Shown here piece after piece: positions 1-10,536 of a stretch of 64,000 nt of DNA (the stretch's first letter is position 1; each line of letters begins with the position of its first letter). The stretch lies in assembly GCA_032718475.1 (NCBI GenBank), contig JAUCBJ010004350.1, forward strand, positions 94,928-158,927. Reading direction: 5' to 3'. The notes under the pieces were generated by a model. That model was not told where the DNA came from. It made no database searches and worked only from the letters and a program-made list of their open reading frames with translations. A program made the position numbers and the translations under genes. Source of the stretch: Nemertoderma westbladi (taxonomy: Eukaryota; Animalia; Xenacoelomorpha).

Positions 1-1793
1 CGTTCTAGAAACTTGAGACAACTATCATTGGTTGTTTGTTCCGTTCTAGAAACTTGAGACAACTATCATTGGTTGTTTGTACCGTTCTAGAAACTTGAGA
101 CAACTATCATTGGTTGTTTGTTCCGTTCTAGAAACTTGAGACAGCTATCATTGGTTGTTTGTTCCGTTCTAGAAACTTGAGACAACTATCATTGGTTGTT
201 TGTTCCGTTATAGAAACTTGAGACAACTATCATTGGTTGTTTGTTCCGTTCTAGAAACTTGAGACAGCTATCATTGGTTGTTTGTTCCGTTCTAGAAACT
301 TGAGACAACTATCATTGGTTGTTTGTTCCGTTCTAGAAACTTGAGACAACTATCATTAGTTGTTTGTTCCGTTCTAGAAACTTGAGACAACTATCATTGG
401 TTGTTTGTTCCGTTCTAGAAACTTGAGACAACTATCATTGGTTGTTTGTTCCGTTCTAGAAACTTGAAACAACTATCATTAGTTGTTTGTTCCGTTCTAG
501 AAACTTGAGACAGCTATCATTGGTTGTTTGTTCCGTTCTAGAAACTTGAGACAACTATCATTGGTTGTTTGTTCCGTTATATAAACTTGAGACAACTATC
601 ATTGGTTGTTTGTTCCGTTCTAGAAACTTGAGACAACTATCATTGGTTGTTTGTTCCGTTCTAGAAACTTGAGACAACTATCATTGGTTGTTTGTTCCGT
701 TATAGAAACTTGAGACAACTATCATTGGTTGTTTGTTCCGTTCTAGAAACTTGAGACAACTATCATTGGTTGTTTGTTCCGTTCTAGAAACTTGAGACAA
801 CTATCATTGGTTGTTTGTTCCGTTATAGAAACTTGAGACAACTATCATTGGTTGTTTGTTCCGTTCTAGAAACTTGAGACAACTATCATTGGTTGTTTGT
901 TCCGTTCTAGAAACTTGAGACAACTATCATTGGTTGTTTGTTCCGTTCTAGAAACTTGAGACAACTATCATTGGTTGTTTGTTCCGTTCTAGAAACTTGA
1001 GACAACTATCATTGGTTGTTTGTTCCGTTATAGAAACTTGAGACAACTATCATTGGTTGTTTGTTCCGTTCTAGAAACTTGAGACAACCATCATTGGTTG
1101 TTTGTTCCGTTCTAGAAACTTGAGACAACTATCATTGGTTGTTTGTTCCGTTCTAGAAACTTGAGACAACTATCATTGGTTGTTTGTTCCGTTCTAGAAA
1201 CTTGAGACAACTATCATTGGTTGTTTGTTCCGTTCTAGAAACTTGAGACAACTATCATTGGTTGTTTGTTCCGTTCTAGAAACTTGAGACAACTATCATT
1301 GGTTGTTTGTTCCGTTATAGAAACTTGAGACAACTATCATTGGTTGTTTGTTCCGTTCTAGAAACTTGAGACAACTATCATTGGTTGTTTGTTCCGTTCT
1401 AGAAACTTGAGACAACTATCATTGGTTGTTTGTTCCGTTATAGAAACTTGAGACAACTATCATTGGTTGTTTGTTCCGTTCTACAAACTTGAGACAACTA
1501 TCATTGGTTGTTTGTTCCGTTCTAGAAACTTGAGACAACTATCATTGGTTGTTTGTTCCGTTATAGAAACTTGAGACAACTATCATTGGTTGTTTGTTCC
1601 GTTCTACAAACTTGAGACAACTATCATTGGTTGTTTGTTCCGTTCTACAAACTTGAGACAACTATCATTGGTTGTTTGTTCCGTTCTAGAAACTTGAGAC
1701 AACTATCATTGGTTGTTTGTTCCGTTATAGAAACTTGAGACAACTATCATTGGTTGTTTGTTCCGTTCTAGAAACTTGAGACAACTATCATTG
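1..1793. repeat. 41-bp intronic minisatellite (CGTTCTAGAAACTTGAGACAACTATCATTGGTTGTTTGTTC), about 43 copies, truncated by the window start
   Basis: Near-perfect tandem copies. The last unit runs into the exon at 1772, and each unit contains the 3' splice site TTCTAG|AAA. Confidence 0.97.
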
Positions 1794-1957
1794 GAGTGAA
1801 TGAGGAGTCTGATAATATCAAGGCGCGGTACGAAACCACCCAGGCGGAGTTGCATCTACTGAAATCTAAAGAGAAAGAGTTACAGCAAGAATTGGCCATG
1901 GTAACGGATTCCAACGAAGAGCTGAAGATTACATTGGACAAGGCGACTAGTGAAAAG
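1772..1957 (+). CDS. EEA1: EEA1-like gene, internal coiled-coil exon (KLETTIIGVNEESD...ATSEK)
   Basis: Acceptor ttgttccgttctAG at 1770-1771 and donor AAG|GTTAGC at 1958. Phase 0, in frame with the next exon; heptad-rich E/K/L sequence. Confidence 0.8.
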
Positions 1958-2174
1958 GTTAGCCGAGTGTTTCCGTTAACATTCAGACTGAGTAATAGAT
2001 TACTGAAGCAGTGAGACCCGGAGTAAAGATTATATATGTTAAAGGCATTTATTTATTGTATTAGAAAATTAAACACTTTCTGTTAAAAGCGAGTGATTTT
2101 GAAATACGTAGGATTTTGAAAATACAGTACATAATAGTAAGTTTGATCTGGCGAAATATCATTTTTTTATTTAG

Positions 2175-2306
2175 GATGAGTTAGAATTGGCGCGTAACGC
2201 GTTACAGTTGAGTAGTGAGCAGTTGGATTCCGTTAACAGAGATTTGGAGAAACGGTATACAACCTTACAGAACGAACACGTTGAGTTAATGGATAGAAGC
2301 AACAAT
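2175..2306 (+). CDS. EEA1: EEA1-like gene, coiled-coil exon (DELELARNALQL...MDRSNN)
   Basis: tttttttatttAG acceptor, 132-nt open frame, GTTAGT donor at 2307, phase 0/0. Not in the ORF track because it is short. Confidence 0.8.
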
Positions 2307-2355
2307 GTTAGTCTGAGAGTCGTTTACGTTTAGTAAATTTATTGAAACCCAAGTT

Positions 2356-2510
2356 TCATAGATTTCTCCTCAGTTTCATACCACGTGTTCCGTCATCAAG
2401 TCTGCAGTTCAAATCTCCACCAATTAGAACCGGAAGTTGGAGGGGGTCTGTTTGATGGGGGAGATTGCGTTGTTGATTGATAGAATATACCTTGCAGACT
2501 GTAGTCGGGG
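2356..2510 (-). pseudogene. Possible fragment of a non-LTR retrotransposon APE endonuclease
   Basis: Translation contains PVLIGGDLNCRLD, resembling the (I/L)xGDFN motif of LINE endonucleases. Short and isolated. Confidence 0.3.
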
Positions 2511-2587
2511 TTAAATTAAAACATGTAATATTATGGGTTTGTTCAGAAGTGGAAAAAATGAGAAAGCGCGTCACCGGGGGTTGAACC

Positions 2588-2633
2588 AGCGCTATACGTA
2601 CGTTTCGGCCTAACAGGCCTCATCAGTAGCGCT
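2588..2633 (-). ncRNA. Minimal type I hammerhead ribozyme (minus-strand copy)
   Basis: Reverse complement of 2761-2806 with an intact core. Confidence 0.85.
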
Positions 2634-2760
2634 AACCAGCTCAGCCACTAGCCCCTGACACGCACACTCCCACCTAATCCACTTCTATTGAACGGGAATA
2701 TGAACACTTCTATGAAATTGAATTAGGTGTGAGTGTCAGGGGCTAGTGGCTGAGCCGGTT

Positions 2761-2806
2761 AGCGCTACTGATGAGGCCTGTTAGGCCGAAACGTACGTAT
2801 AGCGCT
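2761..2806 (+). ncRNA. Minimal type I hammerhead ribozyme
   Basis: AGCGCTA-CTGATGA-GGCC(TGTTA)GGCC-GAAAC-GTAC-GTA-TAGCGCT: 7-bp stem I, CUGAUGA and GAAA cores, 4-bp stem II, palindromic mini stem III. Predicted cleavage after GUA at 2799. Confidence 0.88.
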
Positions 2807-3078
2807 GGTTCAACCCCCGGTGACGCGCTTTCTCATTTTTTCCACTTTTGAATAAAACCATAATATTACACCTTTAATTACAGTTGCAACAGCTCATCTC
2901 CAATTTATTTAATTAAATTAAAACACGCTAAACAATGCAACACATAATATCATTAGAAATAACTAAGTTGGGTTTGGATGGGGAGTAATTGACGAAATAG
3001 TGAATAGTGAACGGCGGAGTCTTAAAATATTTAATCTTAGTTACCCGATGAATCTTAATATGTGGATTGGTGCTTAAG

Positions 3079-3480
3079 CGGGATCCCGATCCCGAAAAAC
3101 AGGAATCCCGGTGGGTGCAATCCCTGTCCCGAACCCCATCTCGACTTTTTTGGAACGGGATCCCGAAGGGGGCCTATAATATAGTGAAGTAAATTTCTAG
3201 AATAACCGATGGATGTTTGCTAGTGAGTTGAAATCTGTTTATCATATCGAGTAGTCGGATTACTGGATTTCATTAAACCATCTAGTAATCAACTGTAAAT
3301 AAATTTTAATAAAATTTTATCTTACTAAAATCTTTCAGAAGTGTAAGATAAAGTGAGTGTTACCCAAAAACCGCCACATATACCTAGAACTTTAAGGGCA
3401 TTTAATCCAAAATTGCATTCCCGATCCAGTAAATCGGGATCCCGTGATAATTCCGGTCCCGATCCCGGAAATCCCGAAAA
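3079..3480. repeat. Clusters of CGGGATCCCG/ATCCCG motifs, probably remnants of a MITE-like repeat
   Basis: Palindromic CGGGATCCCG and repeated ATCCCG at about 3079-3175 and 3418-3480. Termini not resolved. Confidence 0.3.
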
Positions 3481-3499
3481 GTCTGAGTTCATTGAATTG

Positions 3500-3688
3500 C
3501 CTGATCAACTTTTATGGCAACCAACACATGGAAAGCGTAGCCGTGGACGACCGGCTATGAGATATATTGACCAGCTCGAAAGGGATACTGAACTTGGGAG
3601 AAACGAAATTGCGACAACTATGGAGAATCGGGAAGCCTGGAAGGATCTCATTTCCACTGTCCGAGTTTGCTCGACCTAGTAGTAGTAG
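3500..3688 (+). mobile_element. 5'-truncated non-LTR retrotransposon 3' end (RTE-like) with (TAG)n tail
   Basis: Encodes LLWQPTHGKRSRGRPAMRYIDQLERD...MENREAWKDLI, typical of the RTE-type ORF C-terminus (RxRGRP...M.DR..W). The stop codon runs into (TAG)4. Confidence 0.7.
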
Positions 3689-5837
3689 TTGGAGAATCGG
3701 GAAGCCTGGAAGGATCTCATTTCCACTGTCCGAGTTTGCTCGACCTAGTAGTAGTTGGAGAATCGGGAAGCCTGGAAGGATCTCATTTCCACTGTCCGAG
3801 TTCGCTCGACCTAGTAGTAGTTGGAGAATCGGGAAGCCTGGAAGGATCTCATTTCCACTGTCCGAGTTCGCGGATAATCGGGAAGCCTGGAAGGATCTCA
3901 TTTCCACTGTCCGAGTTCGCGGAGAATCGGGAAGCCTGGAAGGATCTCAGTTCCACTGTCCGAGTTCGCGAAGAATCGGGAAGCCTGGAAGGATCTCATT
4001 TCCACTGTCCGAGTTCGCGGAGAATCGGGAAGCCTGGAAGGATCTCATTTCGACTGTCCGAGTTCGCTCGACCTAGTAGTAGTAGTTGGAGAATCGGGAT
4101 GCCTGGAAGGATCTCATTTCCACTGTCCGAGTTCGCAGAGAATCGGGAAGCCTGGAAGGATCTCATTTCCACTGTCCGAGTTCGCGGAGAATCGGGAAGC
4201 CTGGAAGGATCTCAGTTCCACTGTCCGAGTTCGCGGAGAATCGGGAAGCCTGGAAGGATCTCATTTCCACTGTCCGAGTTCGCGGAGATTCGGGAAGCCT
4301 GGAAGGATCTCATTTCGACTGTCCGAGTTCGCACGTCCTAGTAGTAGTAGTTGGAGAATCGGGAAGCCTGGAAGGATCTCATTTCCACTGTCCGAGTTCG
4401 CTCGACCTAGTAGTAGTTGGAGAATTGGCAAGCCTGGGAGGATCTCAGTTCCACTGTCCGAGTTTGCTCGACCTAGTAGTAGTTGGAGAATCGGGAGGCC
4501 TGGAAGGATCTCATTTCCACTGTCCGAGTTCGCGGAGAATCGGGAAGCCTGGAAGGATCTCATTTCGACTGTCCGAGTTCGCACGTCCTAGTAGTAGTAG
4601 TTGGAGAATCGGGAAGCCTGGAAGGATCTCATTTCCACTGTCCGAGTTCGCTCGACCTAGTAGTAGTTGGAGAATTGGCAAGCCTGGGAGGATCTCAGTT
4701 CCACTGTCCGAGTTTGCTCGACCTAGTAGTAGTTGGAGAATCGGGAGGCCTGGAAGGATCTCATTTCCACTGTCCGAGTTCGCGGAGAATCGGGAAGCCT
4801 GGAAGGATCTCATTTCGACTGTCCGAGTTCGCACGTCCTAGTAGTAGTAGTTGGAGAATCGGGAAGCCTGGAAGGATCTCATTTCCACTGTCCGAGTTCG
4901 CTCGACCTAGTAGTAGTTGGAGAATTGGCAAGCCTGGGAGGATCTCAGTTCCACTGTCCGAGTTTGCTCGACCTAGTAGTAGTTGGAGAATCGGGAAGCC
5001 TGGAAGGATCTCATTTCCACTGTCCGAGTTCGCGGAGAATCAGTGAAGCCTGGAAGGATCTCATTTCCAGTGTCCGAGCTCGCTCGACCTAGTAGTAGTA
5101 GTTGGAGAATCGGGAAGCCTGGAAGGATCTCATTTCCACTGTCCGAGTTCGCTCGACCTAGTAGTAGTTGGAGAATTGGCAAGCCTGGGAGGATCTCAGT
5201 TCCACTGTCCGAGTTTGCTCGACCTAGTAGTAGTTGGAGAATCGGGAAGCCTGGAAGGATCTCATTTCCACTGTCCGAGTTCGCGGAGAATCAGTGAAGC
5301 CTGGAAGGATCTCATTTCCAGTGTCCGAGCTCGCTCGACCTAGTAGTAGTAGTTGGAGAATCGGGAAGCCAGGAAGGATCTCATTTCTACTGTCCGAGTT
5401 CGCGGAGAATCGGGAAGCCTGGAAGGATCTCATTTCCAGTGTCCGAGCTCGCTCGACCTAGTAGTAGTAGTTGGAGAATCGGGAAGCCTGGAAGGATCTC
5501 ATTTCCACTGTCCGAGTTCGCGGAGAATCGGGAAGCCTGGAAGGATCTCATTTCCAGTGTCCGAGCTCGCTCGACCTAGTAGTAGTAGTTGGAGAATCGG
5601 GAAGCCTGGAAGGATCTCATTTCCACTGTCCGAGTTCGCGGAGAATCGGGAAGCCTGGAAGGATCTCATTTCCAGTGTCCTAGCTCGCTCGACCTAGTAG
5701 TAGTAGTTGGAGAATCGGGAAGCCTGGAAGGATCTCATTTCCACTGTCCGAGTTCGCGGAGAATCGGGAAGCCTGGAAGGATCTCAGTTCCACTGTCCGA
5801 GTTCGCGGAGAATCGGGAAGCCTGGAAGGATCTCATT
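3622..5837. repeat. Minisatellite amplified from the LINE 3' end: 49-bp core with or without the TCGACC(TAG)nTT tail (66/69-bp units)
   Basis: GGAGAATCGGGAAGCCTGGAAGGATCTCATTTCCACTGTCCGAGTTCGC repeated in mixed unit lengths, with 250-bp higher-order blocks around 4.3-5.0 kb. Confidence 0.95.
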
Positions 5838-5958
5838 ATAACACAAAACATATAACAATTATAAACCGCTTTTGGTCCCACCGACTAAAACAACAAAATA
5901 AAGCTAGGCCTATATATATATCTGTATATATATGACTAGGTAATTAATATTATTACAG

Positions 5959-6371
5959 ATGGTTAAAGATATGAATATTCTAGAACATGAGAAAGTTGAT
6001 GTAGAGAAGCAACTGGCAGATACGAAGGTTGAATTAGTTGAATTGGAGAACGAGTTAGAAAATAGCAACGATACCTCGTTGCGGAAACAGTTGGAATTCA
6101 ATACTCAAATAACTAATCTAAGTAACCAATTAGAACGCGATAAATTCAACCACGAAAAAGAAACTAACTCGACAAAGAAACTAGTTGAAAATCTCAATAA
6201 TAAGGTTGGCGAGTTGGAGACTCATCGTTTTGAGTTAATAACGGAACTCACGGCGAAGAATAAAGTTATAGAAACTCACGAAGTTAATTTCGATAACATT
6301 AAATCGGAAGTTGTTGTAATGGAAGCCAGATTGGAGAACATGTGTGAAGAGAAGAATGTTCTACTAGATAG
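5959..6371 (+). CDS. EEA1: EEA1-like gene, coiled-coil exon (MVKDMNILEHEK...NVLLDR)
   Basis: tattattacAG acceptor, donor AG|GTTGGT at 6372. Phase 2 matches the next exon. Confidence 0.85.
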
Positions 6372-8327
6372 GTTGGTATATATATAATACACCGTTACCG
6401 TTAGGTTGGTATATCTATAATACACAGTTAGGTTGGTATATCTATAATACACCGTTAGGTTGGTATATCTATAAACCGTTAGGTTGGTTAGGTTGGTATA
6501 TCTATAATACACCGTTAGGTTGGTTAGGTTGGTATATCTATAATACACCGTTAGGTTGGTATATCTATAATACACCGTTAGGTTGGTATATCTATAATAC
6601 ACCGTTAGGTTGGTTAGGTTGGTATATCTATAATACACCGTTAGGTTGGTATATCTATAATACACCGTTAGGTTGGTATATCTATAATACACCGTTAGGT
6701 TGGTATATCTATAATACACCGTTAGGTTGGTATATCTATAATACACCGTTAGGTTGGTATATCTATAATACACCGTTAGGTTGGTATATCTATAATACAC
6801 CGTTAGGTTGATATATCTATAATACACCGTTAGGTTGGTATATCTATAATACACCGTTAGGTTGGTATATCTATAATACACCGTTAGGTTGGTATATCTA
6901 TAATACACCGTTAGGTTGGTATATCTATAATACACAGTTAGGTTGGTATATCTATAATACACCGTTAGGTTGGTTAGGTTGGTATATCTATAATACACAG
7001 TTAGGTTGGTATATCTATAATACACCGTTAGGTTGGTATATCTATAAACCGTTAGGTTGGTTAGGTTGGTGTATCTATAATACACCGTTAGGTTGGTATA
7101 TCTATAATACACCGTTAGGTTGGTATATCTATAATACACCGTTAGGTTGGTTAGGTTGGTATATCTATAATACACCGTTAGGTTGGTATATCTATAATAC
7201 ACCGTTAGGTTGGTATATCTATAATACACCGTTAGGTTGGTATATCTATAATACACCGTTAGGTTGGTATATCTATAAACCGTTAGGTTGGTTAGGTTGG
7301 TGTATCTATAATACACCGTTAGGTTGGTATATCTATAATACACCGTTAGGTTGGTATATCTATAATACACCGTTAGGTTGGTTAGGTTGTTATATCTATA
7401 ATACACCGTTAGGTTGGTATATCTATAATACACCGTTAGGTTGGTATATCTATAATACACAGTTAGGTTGGTATATCTATAATACACCGTTAGGTTGGTT
7501 AGGTTGGTATATCTATAATACACCGTTAGGTTGATATATCTATAATACACCGTTAGGTTGGTATATCTATAATACACCGTTAGGTTGGTTAGGTTGGTAT
7601 ATCTATAATACACCGTTAGGTTGGTATATCTATAATACACAGTTAGGTTGGTATATCTATAATACACCGTTAGGTTGGTATATCTATAATACACCGTTAG
7701 GTTGGTATATCTATAATACACCGTTAGGTTGGTATATCTATAATACACCGTTAGGTGGTATATCTATAATACACCGTTAGGTTGGTATATCTATAATACA
7801 CCGTTAGGTTGGTATATCTATAATACACCATTAGGTTGGTATATTTATAATACACCGTTAGGTTGGTATATCTATAATACACCGTTAGGTTGGTATATCT
7901 ATAATACACCGTTAGGTTGGTATATCTATAATACACCGTTAGGTTGGTATATCTATAATACACCGTTAGGTTGGTATATCTATAATACACCGTTAGGTTG
8001 GTATATCTATAATACACCGTTAGGTTGGTATATCTATAATACACCGTTAGGTTGATATATCTATAATACACCGTTAGGTTGGTATATCTATAATACACCG
8101 TTAGGTTGGTATATCTATAATACACCGTTAGGTTGGTATATCTATAATACACCGTTAGCTTGGTTAGGTTGGTATATCTATAGTACACCGTTAGGTTGGT
8201 TAGGTTGGTATATCTATAATACACAGTTAGGTTGGTATATCTATAATACACAGTTAGGTTGGTATATCTATAATACACAGTTAGGTTGGTATATCTATAA
8301 TACACAGTTAGGTTGGTATATTTATAA
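6372..8327. repeat. 27-bp minisatellite (TACACCGTTAGGTTGGTATATCTATAA) containing the 5' splice site, about 70 copies
   Basis: Tandem array starting at the donor. Some units carry an extra 9-bp TTAGGTTGG. Confidence 0.96.
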
Positions 8328-8340
8328 ACGTTAGGTTTGT

Positions 8341-9624
8341 TTATCTGTACACCGTTATGTTAAGGTGTTATCTGCACACCGTTATGTTAAGGTGTTTATC
8401 TGTACACCGTTATGTTAAGGTGTTTATCTGTACACCGTTATGTTAAGGTGTTATCTGCACACCGTTATGTTAAGGTGTTTATCTGTACACCGTTATGTTA
8501 AGGTGTTTATCTGTACACCGTTATGTTAAGGTGTTTATCTGTACACCGTTATGTTAAGGTGTTTATCTGTACACCGTTATGTTAAGGTGTTTATCTGTAC
8601 ACCGTTATGTTAAGGTGTTTATCTGTACACCGTTATATTAAGGTGTTTATCTGTACACCGTTATGTTAAGGTGTTTATCTGTACACCGTTATGTTAAGGT
8701 GTTTATCTGTACACCGTTATGTTAAGGTGTTTATCTGTACACCGTTATGTTAAGGTGTTTATCTGTACACCGTTATGTTAAGGTGTTTATCTATACACCG
8801 TTATGTTAAGGTGTTTATCTGTACACCGTTATGTTAAGGTGTTTATCTGTACACCGTTATGTTAAGGTGTTTATCTGTACACCGTTATGTTAAGGTGTTT
8901 ATCTGTACACCGTTATGTTAAGGTGTTTATCTGTACACCGTTATGTTAAGGTGTTTATCTGTACACCGTTATGTTAAGGTGTTTATCTGTACACCGTTAT
9001 GTTAAGGTGTTTATCTGTACACCGTTATGTTAAGGTGTTTATCTGTACACCGTTATGTTAAGGTGTTTATCTGTACACCGTTATGTTAAGGTGTTTATCT
9101 GTACACCGTTATGTTAAGGTGTTTATCTGTACACCGTTATGTTAAGGTGTTTATCTATACACCGTTATGTTAAGGTGTTTATCTGTACACCGTTATGTTA
9201 AGGTGTTTATCTGTACACCGTTATGTTAAGGTGTTTATCTGTACACCGTTATGTTAAGGTGTTTATCTGTACACCGTTATGTTAAGGTGTTTATCTGTAC
9301 ACCGTTATGTTAAGGTGTTTATCTGTACACCGTTATGTTAAGGTGTTTATCTGTACACCGTTATGTTAAGGTGTTTATCTGTACACCGTTATGTTAAGGT
9401 GTTTATCTGTACACCGTTATGTTAAGGTGTTTATCTGTACACCGTTATGTTAAGGTGTTTATCTGTACACCGTTATGTTAAGGTGTTTATCTGTACACCG
9501 TTATGTTAAGGTGTTTATCTGTACACCGTTATGTTAAGGTGTTTATCTGTACACCGTAGGTGTTTATCTGTACACCGTTATGTTAAGGTGTTTATCTGTA
9601 CACCGTTATGTTAAGGTGTTTATC
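8341..9624. repeat. 28-bp minisatellite (TACACCGTTATGTTAAGGTGTTTATCTG) containing the 3' splice site, about 45 copies
   Basis: Tandem array whose last unit continues into the exon (TTAAG|GTGTTTATCCACC). Confidence 0.96.
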
Positions 9625-9835
9625 CACCGATTCGGACAATAAGAAGCTGATAAATAAAGTCGCTTCCTGGAAGGGAAAGTTTGAAGAGGCGGAAATCGCG
9701 ATGATTGAGTTGGGAAGAGAAAACCAGAGTTTATTAATCGAGAGAAATTCCTTACAGAACAGGAGATGGGTTAGGGATGATGATATTAATCAGTGTAGCA
9801 ACTGCAGGAGAGAATTCGCTGCAATCATTAGAAAG
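9616..9835 (+). CDS. EEA1: EEA1 exon: end of coiled coil and first half of the FYVE domain
   Basis: Spliced reading LLDR|CLSTD...AMIELGRENQSLLIERNSLQNRRWVRDDDINQCSNCRREF matches the EEA1 signature LLERCL...ELGRENQSLQI...NRKWAED. Donor AAG|GTATT. Confidence 0.92.
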
Positions 9836-10010
9836 GTATTAATATTGGGTCGGGAACGTACCGTAATTGATTCCATTATGTAATATTTAGCTACTAAACA
9901 AAACTAACCGGTCCAGTGATAACAGCTGACTACTCCTTTACTGTTTGTATTTGTTTCATCAGGTTTAAACTAATTTATCTCCTAATGAAATATAATAATT
10001 TATTTTCCAG

Positions 10011-10133
10011 CACCATTGTCGTAACTGCGGCAATATTTTCTGCCACGATTGTTCCTCAAAGGAGGAAAAAACTCCCCATAGCAGGAAGCCAGTGCGGGTC
10101 TGTGATCAGTGCTACATCGAGATAAACAGCTGA
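10011..10133 (+). CDS. EEA1: EEA1 terminal exon, FYVE domain ([15 protein letters not shown]...[15 protein letters not shown])
   Basis: tattttccAG acceptor. Completes the RKHHCR and RVC FYVE motifs; stop TGA at 10131-10133. Confidence 0.95.
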   Translation, partial: HHCRNCGNIFCHDCSSKEEKTPHSRKPVRVCDQCYIEINS

Positions 10134-10536
10134 TAGACCTTTATGGTACAACAACCAATCGGTGCATTAGAGCGACGATAGATGGTGATGTGTTCCAATC
10201 CAATACCAAAAATAAGGTCACAGTTAGCTGACCAGACCAGACCAGACCATGCAATGATTGACGATTACCTACAATATTACCCGCTTTCTAGAACTGCTAA
10301 TATAATTAACGATACTTAGAAACGGACTGATTTAATATCAGTATTATTATTATTATAATTTATCAAACAGTGTGGATGTGCTTTATTATCATGTTAAATG
10401 TTTTATAGCTATTTATTTATTATATAATATTATTGTAAACATTTTGTGTTTGATTCAACCCGTTTTGGCGAGGTGGTATGGTAAATCCGGAATGGCGTGC
10501 TGTGGTCATTTAAGGCCATGATACACAAAAGGAACG

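Larger units (their letters stand above)
2514..2879. mobile_element. Inverted pair of about 160-bp tRNA-like/SINE-like units each carrying a hammerhead ribozyme (Penelope pLTR/retrozyme-like)
   Basis: Arms at about 2514-2678 and 2721-2879 are reverse complements. The + arm has an A-box-like TGGCTGAGCCGG, a B-box-like GGTTCAACCC and a T6 run. Confidence 0.7.

Noticed and set aside
3567-5855. Many overlapping ORFs (ENREAWKDLISTVRV repeats)
   Set aside because: Products of the LINE-tail minisatellite.
6276-8305. YYRYTNLTV repeat protein on the minus strand
   Set aside because: Antisense translation of the 27-bp intronic array.
10131-10136. TGA reassignment in this genome (EEA1 ends TGA TAG; several in-frame TGAs in the elements)
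   Set aside because: EEA1 ends where expected, and CGA>TGA decay explains transposon stops. Too little evidence.
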